DNA of 32,000 bases from Nostoc sp. PCC 7120 = FACHB-418 (GTDB lineage: Bacteria; Cyanobacteriota; Cyanobacteriia; Cyanobacteriales; Nostocaceae). The position numbers were made by a program, and so were the translations under genes. The stretch lies in the NCBI RefSeq assembly GCF_000009705.1, contig NC_003272.1:3270001-3302000 (forward strand), given 5' to 3'. Of this stretch, positions 8,908 through 17,573 are shown in pieces (position 1 is the first letter of the stretch; each line of letters starts with the position of its first letter). The notes beneath the pieces are model-generated. The model was not told the DNA's origin, ran no database searches, and was given only the letters and a program-made list of their open reading frames with translations.

Positions 8908-11312
8908 ACAATCCCCATCTGCTGAAGATGCCCCTCAACCTTAGTCGTCAACTCATCCACCCGACTCGTCAACTCCGGTAAAGGTGTATCATACCGTTCA
9001 GCCAATTCCTGAATTCGCTGCGCCAACCGTTGCGAAATCTGATCCATCTCAGAAGCGATCGCCTGTCTTAACGTCTGCATCCACTTATCATCAACTACTA
9101 GGTTTTTAATTTCATCCTCTGTTAATTCCTGATATTTTTTTAACACCTGATTATGTAAAGATTGGGTAGCCTCTCTAATTTCTTTATTAAGTTCCGCTTC
9201 TGACTCAATCAATTTCAAATAAGACTTTAGAACTTTCAACTCATCCGCATCCGCAAAAAGAGGATTTTTCTGAATTTCCTTAATCCGAAGATTAATGTTC
9301 GCTTTAGTGATTTTCCCACTATCGTTAGTGACTTCCTCCAGCAAACCATCATCACCGCCATGTTCTTCTTGCAGTTCTTCCTGCTGGCGAACAATTTCAT
9401 CTTTTTTCGTTTCCAAAGTTGCGATCGCCGCCTGTTCAGTTTGAAAATAGCGATTAATCATCAACTCCTTCGGAATCAGTTCGCAGACATAATCTGTTAC
9501 TACACCTTTCTTATTCGTCACCGCTTTCAGTTCTGCCTTCCAGCCATCCTCAACCAAAATATAAACATCATCTTTCATACTTTCCACCCAATAAGTCATT
9601 AGGTGCTGGTAAACATCGTATTTATCAATCAGACTTTTACCCGTAAACCCTTGCAGCAAGTCTTCCGAGAGCGCGTAAATAATCGCCTTGGGCTTATCTC
9701 CCGGCTGGATGGCTTTCAGCAAAGGCGTGTGTTTCCCTTGCCACGTCTCAAAAACCGCTTGAATGTCTTTCCCATAGCTGATAAATTCAGGATGGGCAAA
9801 AATACAAGCTTTGACTTCTGAGCCTGGAATTTTGAGCATCAGGTATCCTGGGCGATCGGCCGCCTCAAATAATTCCTGTTGCAGCGTCGGGTAAACCTGC
9901 CAGTAATCGCTCAAAGCCTCAATATCTCGCTTGGGTATCCCCCCCAACAGATGCGCCTCAATATCCTGAATATCTTCCTCTTCCTGAGAGTCGATATAGC
10001 GCGGAATATTCAGGTTGTACTCATTCCCCGCAATTTCCTCAACTGGAACCATCCGCGAATACTTCGCCACCTCAAGCTGTTTGTTGAAGACATCAACAAT
10101 CTTATGAATGTCCTGCTCCCGCAGACGGTTTTTATTGCCGTCTTTAACAAATCCCTTGCTGGCATCAATCATAAAAATGCCTTGGCGATTCTCGGCATCT
10201 TCTTTGTCTAACACAATAATGCAGGCTGGTATCCCTGTGCCATAAAACAAGTTCGGCGGTAGCCCAATAATCCCTTTAATAATGCCCTTACTAATCAGAT
10301 TTTTCCGAATTTCTGCCTCCGCATTCCCCCGAAACAGCACCCCATGCGGTAGAATAATCGCTCCTTTGCCATTACTTTTCAGAGAGCAAACCATGTGCAG
10401 CAAAAAAGCATAGTCCCCATTTTTAGCTGGAGGAATCCCATAGTTATCAAACCGTTGAAACTCATCCTTGGCTAGATCAAGTCCATTACTCCAAGCCTTG
10501 GAGGAAAAGGGAGGATTAGCCACAGCAAAATCAAAAGTTTTCAGGCTACCATCCGCATCTTTGAAGTAAGGACTTGATAAAGTATTATCCTGCCAAATCT
10601 CAGCAGTAGGGTGTCCGTGCAGGATCATGTTCATCCGAGCCAAGGCGCGGGTAGCGTTGTCCATCTCTTGCCCGTAGATAGTTAAGCCCCGTTCCGCTTC
10701 ATCCGCCGACTTTAACAACAGAGAACCACTACCACAAGTCGGGTCATAAATCGTCTGACTCTGGCTTTGGGCTGAATTAACCCCAATAACTTGAGAGATG
10801 ACACGGGAAACTTCCGCCGGAGTATAAAATTGACCCTTGCTTTTACCTGATTGTGTCGCAAAGTTCCGCATCAGTTACTCATAGGCATCGCCTAAAATAT
10901 CATCACCATCAGCACGATTCTTACTAAAATTCAAAGCAGGGGTTTCAAAAATCGCCACCAAGTTGGAAAGCCTATCCTGCATTTCCTTACCCTTACCCAG
11001 CTTGTCGGCATTATTGAAATCAGCGACATCAATGACACCCTTTAAATCATTGGCTTCGGCTAAATTGGTAATAATTTTGTTGATACCATCCCCGATATCT
11101 TTCTGTCCTTTTAGCGCCACAATATCCTGAAATCCGCCACCTTCAGGCACTTCAATCAGCACATCTGCGACACCAGCGTATTTATCAGATACATATTTAA
11201 CGAACAATAAAACCAGTACATAATCCTTATACTGCGAGGCATCCATACCACCCCGCAGTTCATCACAGCTTTTCCATAACGAACTATATAGTTCACTTTT
11301 CTTAATTGCCAT
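8898..11312 (-). pseudogene. hsdM: Type I R-M DNA methyltransferase subunit interrupted by a single in-frame TAA
   Basis: The 145-aa HsdM N-domain ORF (10875-11312) and the 657-aa catalytic ORF (8898-10871) are in the same frame. The junction reads GAYE-TAA-LMRNFATQSGKSKGQFYTP, with the stop codon at 10875-10877 where HsdM proteins normally have Tyr. Motif I DPTCGSGSLL and motif IV NPPF are present. Confidence 0.85.
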
Positions 11313-11509
11313 TTCGTGTAGCCTTTAAAAGACCTCCCCCGATCAACTTTGCCAGACGTTCTCAAGCCCGTCTGACACTTTGCCTTGAAGTTTTTACATC
11401 GTGCAAAGAACCAATAACATACCACGCACAAGAACTTAGCTCATGTAGTGGCTGAGGATATATCGTATACCAGGAATGCTCAAATTGGCGTAAATACAAC
11501 AGCTACATA

Positions 11510-11674
11510 TTATTGCGGCGGATTTTGCTTCTCTCGCTCCTCAACAGCCTTACTCACAATCCGCACAACCAGATTACTGATGGGACGGTCTTCTTCCTGC
11601 GCCCATCTCACCAAAGCATCGTGGATATCTTTGGGGAAATATATCGAAGTTTGCACGCGATCGCTCTGGCTCAT
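11510..11674 (-). CDS. Small ribbon-helix-helix (CopG/Arc/MetJ-like) DNA-binding protein, candidate CAST or R-M regulator
   Basis: I translated this 54-aa ORF by hand because it is below the track cutoff: MSQSDRVQTSIYFPKDIHDALVRWAQEEDRPISNLVVRIVSKAVEEREKQNPPQ. It shows a beta-strand, helix, helix pattern typical of RHH repressors. It is divergent from cas12k and co-directional with hsdM. Confidence 0.55.
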   Translation of the reverse strand: MSQSDRVQTSIYFPKDIHDALVRWAQEEDRPISNLVVRIVSKAVEEREKQNPPQ

Positions 11675-11771
11675 CAACAATAAAACGATTTGTAATCAAA
11701 TCAAAAACGATTTGTAGTCCAACCATCATACCTTCACAACCTTGCTACAGGGCTAAATAAAGTTTAACAAT

Positions 11772-11839
11772 GTGTGGCAATGTTTATATGTTAGATTAGA
11801 AACATTGCCGAACATTAATAAAACGTGTGGCAATGTTTA
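11772..11839. promoter_or_regulatory. Operator-like repeat cluster in the RHH/cas12k divergent intergenic region
   Basis: GTGTGGCAATGTTTA occurs twice, at 11772-11786 and 11825-11839. The inverted core AAACATTGCC lies between them at 11800-11809. This gives three GGCAATGTTT cores arranged direct, inverted, direct. Confidence 0.4.
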
Positions 11840-12085
11840 ATGCCTTTAGCTATTACCTCGAAAGTTCACGCTATGTGCGGCTTCAGCAATATTAATGAGT
11901 TTGCATTGATGAAGAACTTCCCAAATCTACAAAGTCATCAGCAGATTTGAGAAGTTGCTGCAAAAGTACCGAGATTTTTGTATGGCGATCGCGTCAAGTG
12001 CGATCGTTGCCTAGTGAAGGTAAATAGGTGATTGATTTTAGTCACACAAATAGAAAAGGGTGTATTTGCTGGAGATATTGTCACT

Positions 12086-14110
12086 ATGAGCCGCGATCGT
12101 AAAAAGGGTTCCAAGAGTCCAAGCCTAAGAACTATACGATGTCATCTGCATACCAAAGAAGATGTACTTCGTAAAGTATGGGAAGAAATGACTCAAAAAA
12201 ATACTCCTTTAATTGTTGAATTGCTGAAGAGTGTGAGCGAACAACCAGAATTTGAAACTAATAAAGAAAACGGAAAAATAACGAAGAAAGAAATCACAAA
12301 CTTACGTAAATCTCTGACTCAAGATTCAGGTCGCCTTTACTCATCGGTGGACAACTTAGTGCAAGAAGTTTATTCAGCATGGCTGACTTTATACCAAAAA
12401 AGAAAAAAGCAGAAAGAAGGCAAAGAGTATTTTCTCAACAATATACTCAAAAGTGACATCGAGCTTGTAGAAGAGAGTAATTGTGATTTACAAATTCTAC
12501 GGGCTAAAGCACAGGAAATCATTTCTAATCCACAAGATATTCTCAGGCAAATTACTATTGATAATCCCAAGGATAAACCTACTAAATCTATTCAAAAACG
12601 AGTTAGAAAAAACATTAATGCTTCAAATAGTGATACAGCAAAAAATAATATTTTAAATTCTCAAGAAAAAACTACAGAAGAAAACATATCAAAAAGCGTA
12701 ATAGAGATTTTATACGAAATTCACAAAACAACACAGGATACAATAATACGCTGTGCTGTTACTTACCTGATAAAGAACTATACTAAAATTAGTGATACAG
12801 AAGAAGATTTAAACAAATTAAAAGAGCGTCGTGCCGAGAAAGAAATAGAAATTAAACGCTTGGAGAAGCAGATTCAAGATAGTCGATTACCTAATGGTAG
12901 AGATATCACTGGAGCCAGATATCTTGAGGCATTTGATAAGTTAATAAATCAAGTGCCTAAAAATAATGAAGAGTTTGCAAATTGGATAGCTGACGCATCG
13001 AGAAAAATATCAAATTTGCCATATCCAATAGATTATTTATACAGTGATTTAACTTGGTATAAAAATCAAGATGGAAAGATTTTTGTATACTTTAATGGTT
13101 GGTCTAAGTATCACTTTCAAATTTGTTGTAATAAACGCCAGCGTCATTTTTTTGAAAGGTTCCTAGAAGACCATAAGGCTTGGAAAGAGAGCGAGAAAGG
13201 AGAAGTAAAACTCTCAGGAAGCCTGGTGACACTACGCTGTGTACAGTTGTTATGGCAACAAGGTGAAGGCAAGGGTGAACCTTGGAAAGTTAACAAATTA
13301 TCTTTACATTGTACATATGATACTCGTTTATGGACAGCAGAAGGTACTGAAGAGGCGAGAAAAGAAAAGATAAATAAAATACAAAGACAAGTTGAACAAG
13401 CAGAAGAGACTGAAAATCTAGATGAACAGCAACAAAAACAATTGAAGAAAAATAAATCTTCATTGTCTCGACTGAATAATTCTTTCAATCGTCCTATTCA
13501 GCCAATTTACCAAGGTCTATCTAACATGATTGTTGGCGTTAGTTTTCATCCAGTGGAATTAGCAACAGTTGCTGTAGTTGATACAACCACTCAAAAAGTC
13601 ATAGCCTATAAGACAATCAACGAGTTACTAGATAATGCTTTTCATCTATTAAGCCGTATGCGACGACAACAAATACATTTCCGTAAAGAGAGGAAAAAAG
13701 CTCAGAAAAAAGATTCGCCTTGTAATCTAGGGGAATCAAAACTAGGGGAATATGTGGATAAATTACTAGCAAAGAGAATAGTGGAAGTCGCTAAGGAATA
13801 TCAGGCTATTTGCATTGTCCTACCCAAATTAAAAGATATGAAGGAAATTCGCACCAGTGTAATTCAAGCAAAAGCTGAAACCAAGTTTCCAGGTAATGTC
13901 AATGCACAAAAATTATATGTCAAGGAATATAATCGCCAGGTACATAATTGGAGTTACAACAGACTTCAAGAATCCATAAAGTCAAAAGCTGCTGAATTGA
14001 AAATTAGTATTGAATTTGGTATTCAGCTATCTTATGACACTCTGCAAGCACAAGCGAGGGATTTAGCATTGTCTGCCTATCAATGCAGGATTCATACTAT
14101 TGATAGATAA
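12086..14110 (+). CDS. cas12k: Cas12k (type V-K effector, naturally nuclease-deficient)
   Basis: The 674-aa product starts at ATG 12086, preceded by GGAG. The track ORF begins at an upstream TTG at 12032. It is collinear with ShCas12k as I recall that sequence. Shared blocks include NTPLI.ELL, YFNGWS, FFERFLED, GEGKGEPW, RLNNSFNRPIQPIYQG, VGVSFHPVELATVAVVD, IVLPKLKDMKE and WSYNRLQESIKSKAA. Confidence 0.9.
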   Translation: MSRDRKKGSKSPSLRTIRCHLHTKEDVLRKVWEEMTQKNTPLIVELLKSVSEQPEFETNKENGKITKKEITNLRKSLTQDSGRLYSSVDNLVQEVYSAWLTLYQKRKKQKEGKEYFLNNILKSDIELVEESNCDLQILRAKAQEIISNPQDILRQITIDNPKDKPTKSIQKRVRKNINASNSDTAKNNILNSQEKTTEENISKSVIEILYEIHKTTQDTIIRCAVTYLIKNYTKISDTEEDLNKLKERRAEKEIEIKRLEKQIQDSRLPNGRDITGARYLEAFDKLINQVPKNNEEFANWIADASRKISNLPYPIDYLYSDLTWYKNQDGKIFVYFNGWSKYHFQICCNKRQRHFFERFLEDHKAWKESEKGEVKLSGSLVTLRCVQLLWQQGEGKGEPWKVNKLSLHCTYDTRLWTAEGTEEARKEKINKIQRQVEQAEETENLDEQQQKQLKKNKSSLSRLNNSFNRPIQPIYQGLSNMIVGVSFHPVELATVAVVDTTTQKVIAYKTINELLDNAFHLLSRMRRQQIHFRKERKKAQKKDSPCNLGESKLGEYVDKLLAKRIVEVAKEYQAICIVLPKLKDMKEIRTSVIQAKAETKFPGNVNAQKLYVKEYNRQVHNWSYNRLQESIKSKAAELKISIEFGIQLSYDTLQAQARDLALSAYQCRIHTIDR

Positions 14111-14140
14111 AATTTCCCCCTAAAGATTGTATTATTTTAA

Positions 14141-14212
14141 ATATTAAATCGGTGCCATCTATTATGATGCGACAGTATCACCCCTTTGTGTAGATACTGT
14201 AAGAATGGGTTA
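14141..14212 (+). ncRNA. tracrRNA-like gene, 5' segment upstream of the IS insertion
   Basis: It starts 31 nt after the cas12k stop with ATATTAAATCGGTGCC (compare ShCAST tracrRNA AUAUUAAUAGCGCCGC, recalled). It ends in GGGTTA, which joins GTTTAAC at 15125 once the IS and one TTA copy are removed. Confidence 0.55.
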
Positions 14213-14235
14213 GAGACCATTTATAAAGTAAATCT

Positions 14236-14676
14236 TTAGACGACTAGACGACGTAGCATAATACGAGTCATAACGGCATATATGGCAGCCTCACTCATTT
14301 CTGGGAGATGCTCATAATCCTTACTGAGACGACGGTACTGGTTTAACCTGCCAAATGTTCTTTCTACTACCCACCGTTTGGGCAAAACCTGAAATTCTTG
14401 ATTAGTACGCCGGATTACCTCAACATGAGCTTGAATCATCAGCCAAACAGAGAGCGCAAATTTATCACCGTCATAGCCGGAATCAACCCAGATGACTTCA
14501 ACTTTTTCCAGTAATTCTGGACGCTCTTCTAACAGTTCCATCAAAGTATAGGCGGCAAGTAATCTTTCTCCAGCATTTGCTTCACTTACAACCACTTTTA
14601 ACAAAAGTCCCAGACTATCAACCAAAGTTTGCCGCTTTCGTCCTTTTACCTTCTTGCCACCATCAAAACCGTACAC
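14236..14676 (-). CDS. IS5-family transposase orfB (DDE catalytic part), probably expressed by -1 frameshift from orfA
   Basis: The product contains GFDGGKKVKGRKRQ and WVVERTFGRLNQYRRLSKDYE. The slippery heptamer A AAA AAG lies at 14683-14689 on the minus strand, in the orfA/orfB overlap. Confidence 0.8.
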   Translation of the reverse strand: MYGFDGGKKVKGRKRQTLVDSLGLLLKVVVSEANAGERLLAAYTLMELLEERPELLEKVEVIWVDSGYDGDKFALSVWLMIQAHVEVIRRTNQEFQVLPKRWVVERTFGRLNQYRRLSKDYEHLPEMSEAAIYAVMTRIMLRRLVV

Positions 14677-15029
14677 ATCCCCCTTTTTTCAGTCGTTTTT
14701 ACCGACTGGCTGTCTGCCGCGATCGCCGTGGGTTGAGTTGACTTCCCCATTTTTTGACGAACTTGATCGCGCAAAGTATGATTCATTTGCTCCCAGATAC
14801 CTCGTTTTTGCCATTTACGATAGTAGCTGTAAACAGTTGAACTAGGAGGAAAATCCCCTGGAAGCATATCCCACTGACAACCTGTTTTCAGATGGTAGTA
14901 GATAGCGTTGCATACTTCTCGCATATCAGTTGTTCGGGGATGCCCACCGCATTTAGCGGGTGGAATCAAAGGAGCTAAAATTGCCCATTCTGAGTCATTA
15001 AGGTCTGTAGAATAAGACTTTCGTCTCAT
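14646..15029 (-). CDS. IS5-family transposase orfA (DNA-binding N-terminal part)
   Basis: The 127-aa product contains LNDSEWAILAPLIP and YYHLKTGCQWDMLP. It ends just after the A6G slippery site. Confidence 0.8.
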   Translation of the reverse strand: MRRKSYSTDLNDSEWAILAPLIPPAKCGGHPRTTDMREVCNAIYYHLKTGCQWDMLPGDFPPSSTVYSYYRKWQKRGIWEQMNHTLRDQVRQKMGKSTQPTAIAADSQSVKTTEKRGMCTVLMVARR

Positions 15030-15124
15030 TGTTTCCTATGTAAATACACTCTACAAACAGTATCTTATCGCTGCCTTTTTATCTGATGGCTCTCCTTTAG
15101 ATTTACTTTATAAATAGCCTCTTA

Positions 15125-15315
15125 GTTTAACGCTTGGATAAGCGTATTCTTTCTGGCCCTGGTGGCTGCCAACTCTACCTGTGCGATCATCTAAGTGTTT
15201 GTTAGCAGTAATTGCTTGGGTAAGTAAATGCTGCTTTTAGATGAGAAAGGACTCGCACCGAGACGCATGGGAAGTATAAGGTGTTAGGGTTTCAAACAGC
15301 CCAGAACCTTAGCTC
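15125..15315 (+). ncRNA. tracrRNA-like gene, 3' segment (3' end approximate)
   Basis: GTTTAACGCTTGGATAAGCGTATTCTTTCTGGCCCTGGTGGCTGCC parallels ShCAST GUUUGACUGUAUAAAUACAGUCUUGCUUUCUGACCCUGGUAGCUGCU (recalled). The hairpin ACGCTT-GGAT-AAGCGT replaces ACUGUAU-AA-AUACAGU, which looks like compensatory change. The CUUUCUG.CCCUGGU.GCUGC block is conserved. Confidence 0.55.
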
Positions 15316-15410
15316 TTGACATCAAACTCTTTTAGCTTGGTGTTGGGTGCCAGAGCGGCCTGTATGATCTAAATCTTCGATTTTGATTTTACAGTGACTT
15401 TCTACCTCTT

Positions 15411-16443
15411 ACTTTACGCGATGTGCGACTTATTGTTTCGTTACACAATTGAGGTGTATGAACGATTGAAAAGAAAATTCCCACAATCCGCACTGGAGCG
15501 AGAAAATCGTTACCAGTGAATGGAATGCGGGAAAAATGTTTTCTATTGAAGAGTTTATCATTGCCGTATTTTGCTGTGTTGACGACGTGCGGATGGAAAT
15601 CACCCAGATATACCCAATCAAGAGACGAGGTTTTGCTCCGAGTTTAAGGGAGAGTGAAGTTTTAACAATGGAAGTAGTGGCAGAGTTTTTGGGAATAGAT
15701 GCTGACAAAGACATTTGGAAATACTTTCACCGTCACTGGTTAGGGCTATTTCCTCAGTTAAAGAGTCGCTATGCTTTTATTCGTCAAGCAGCTAATTGTT
15801 GGCAGTACAAGGAACTCATACAACAAAAATTAGCACAGTATTTAGGAGCATACTCTGATCAACTTCATTTGATTGATGGATTACCAATACCTTTGTGTGG
15901 CTTGAGTCGCGCTCCCAACTGCCGAAGTTTTAAATCCCTTGCAGATTATGGTTTTTGTGCTGCTAAAAAACAGACGTACTATGGGTTTCATGGGCATTTA
16001 ATCGTTAGTGGCACAGGAGTTATTAGTGGGTTTACCCTGACTCCGGCAAATGGCAGTGAACGGGACGCACTTTGGGATTTAATCACGCGAATTAAAGGTT
16101 TATTAATCGGAGATAAGGGCTATTTAAGTCAGTTCTTGTCAGGAGAACTTAAAGAAGTGGGTATTACTTTACAAACCCCTTTGCGTTCTAATATGTCTGA
16201 CTCTCGTAGCCGATCTTCAGTGCGATTAATGCAACGCTTTCGTCGCCTAATTGAAACAGTAATTGGTCAATTAGTTGAGAGATTTCATATAGAGAAGATT
16301 CGAGCGAGAGATATGTGGCATCTTACCAGTCGGCTCAATCGCAAGATTTTAGCTCATACCGTCTGTTTCTGGCTTAATCGCCACAATTGTGACCCTCTTC
16401 AGTTCGACGATCTTGTTACAGAATATTAAGTCGCACATGGCGT
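15411..16443 (+). mobile_element. IS982-family insertion sequence, copy 2
   Basis: It is near-identical to copy 1 and in the same orientation. Its left flank is about 95 bp past the tracrRNA-like region. Its right flank is an AT-rich cassette. No target-site duplication is visible. Confidence 0.8.
15536..16429 (+). CDS. IS982-family DDE transposase
   Basis: The 297-aa product differs from the copy 1 protein at one residue, VDDVRME versus VDDVLME. Confidence 0.8.
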   Translation: MFSIEEFIIAVFCCVDDVRMEITQIYPIKRRGFAPSLRESEVLTMEVVAEFLGIDADKDIWKYFHRHWLGLFPQLKSRYAFIRQAANCWQYKELIQQKLAQYLGAYSDQLHLIDGLPIPLCGLSRAPNCRSFKSLADYGFCAAKKQTYYGFHGHLIVSGTGVISGFTLTPANGSERDALWDLITRIKGLLIGDKGYLSQFLSGELKEVGITLQTPLRSNMSDSRSRSSVRLMQRFRRLIETVIGQLVERFHIEKIRARDMWHLTSRLNRKILAHTVCFWLNRHNCDPLQFDDLVTEY

Positions 16444-16572
16444 AACACTAGTAATTTAATAATTAACTGAAAATAATTATTTCATGGTAATATACTAAAC
16501 TCGTTAAAATAAAAAGTGATTTATTAGGATAGTATTAATCTTTTAAAAAAGATGTAAAACGTTCAACAAATT

Positions 16573-17058
16573 ATGCAGGGTTCTATCATTGGCAGCTTCC
16601 GTAAATATTACAGAGAAATTAGGGGGGTTATAGATTTATTTGAAAGTGTAGGAATTTTTATTCTTTCTCCCACAAAATCACAAGTTATAAACCCAGATGA
16701 GGAATTTGTATTACTTGAAAGTGATGACTTAAACTACTCTCCTGTGGAAATACAACTCATAGCTTTTCATAGAATCTTAAGATCAAGTTTTGTGTATACA
16801 TTTTGTCCTAACGGTTATATTGGACGTACTACGGCATATGAAATAGGACGAGTTGTAGAACGTAAAATAAAATTATTTTTCAGTGAAGCTCCAAAAGATT
16901 TACCTATTTTTTTGCCACAAAATTCTATTTGGAGTCCAAAAGATTTTAGTAAATATTTCTTAACTAATGGAAAATTACCTGAAACTTTAGAGGCTGGAAG
17001 TAAAACACTTTCAGAAAAGTTACATAATGATTTATTCTTAGGAAAGTATCAAGATTAA
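16573..17058 (+). CDS. Hypothetical protein, nucleoside 2-deoxyribosyltransferase / DNPH1(Rcl)-like fold (tentative)
   Basis: The 161-aa product has an N-terminal IIGSFRKY and a later GYIGRTTAYEIGRVVERKIKLFF. These resemble the (Y/F)xxGSxR and G.GxExGxAxxxxKP(I/V) signatures of the family. The region is AT-rich and contains no HIP1 sites. Confidence 0.45.
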   Translation: MQGSIIGSFRKYYREIRGVIDLFESVGIFILSPTKSQVINPDEEFVLLESDDLNYSPVEIQLIAFHRILRSSFVYTFCPNGYIGRTTAYEIGRVVERKIKLFFSEAPKDLPIFLPQNSIWSPKDFSKYFLTNGKLPETLEAGSKTLSEKLHNDLFLGKYQD

Positions 17059-17086
17059 ATTAGGTACATAATTTATAGGTGTTAGT

Positions 17087-17530
17087 ATGGAAAAAAAACA
17101 TATTGTAATATGCGGTAGTATGTCTAATTATGAGGAAATGTTAAAATACCAAAACATTTTAATAAAAAATAACATTCCTTGTCTAGTTCCTGAAAATGAG
17201 GGAGAACTAATCAAACACCTTTCAAGAGATGAATTTAATGAGTTCAAAAGAAAAGTCTCAAAAAGGCATTTTGAAGAAATTATCAATAATAATGTTTTTG
17301 CAATTTTAGTAGTCAATCCTACCAAAAATTATATTCCTAATTATATAGGTGCTAATACCTTTGCAGAGATTGCTATAGCATTTTATAAACAAAGGCAAAT
17401 ATTCCTTCTCTATGATATATATGAGGGTTTCAAAGATGAATTGATTGCTTGGGATATAAAACCACTTCAAGGAAATATTAATTCATTAATAGAACAATAC
17501 AATTCCTGTATTTACTCTAAAACTAAATAA
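17087..17530 (+). CDS. Hypothetical protein, nucleoside 2-deoxyribosyltransferase / DNPH1(Rcl)-like fold (tentative), paralog of the upstream gene
   Basis: The 147-aa product contains HIVICGSMSNY and YIGANTFAEIAIAFYKQRQIFLLY, the same two-motif layout as 16573-17058. The gene is preceded by an AGGTG Shine-Dalgarno-like sequence. Confidence 0.5.
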   Translation: MEKKHIVICGSMSNYEEMLKYQNILIKNNIPCLVPENEGELIKHLSRDEFNEFKRKVSKRHFEEIINNNVFAILVVNPTKNYIPNYIGANTFAEIAIAFYKQRQIFLLYDIYEGFKDELIAWDIKPLQGNINSLIEQYNSCIYSKTK

Positions 17531-17573
17531 CTCAGTTTCCCAAAAAATCTGATTAGACAAAGTAAACAAATGA

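Larger units (their letters stand above)
14213..15121 (-). mobile_element. IS5-family insertion sequence (IS1031/IS427-like group) inserted into the tracrRNA gene
   Basis: The 909-bp element has terminal inverted repeats GAGACCATTTATAAAGTAAATCT (14213-14235) and AGATTTACTTTATAAATAGCCTC (15099-15121), matching at 21 of 23 positions. A TTA direct duplication flanks it at 14210-14212 and 15122-15124. It has two overlapping transposase ORFs. Confidence 0.85.

Noticed and set aside
7598-10211. Multiple plus-strand ORFs of 66-110 aa: 7598-7861, 7824-8084, 8218-8418, 8276-8476, 9360-9602, 9603-9821 and 9879-10211.
   Set aside because: All lie antisense within the well-supported hsdS and hsdM genes and have low-complexity, implausible sequences.
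11448-11717. A track ORF of 89 aa on the plus strand.
   Set aside because: Its composition is Cys/Ser/Thr/Arg-rich with no recognisable fold. It lies exactly antisense to a well-formed RHH ORF (11510-11674), which I prefer.
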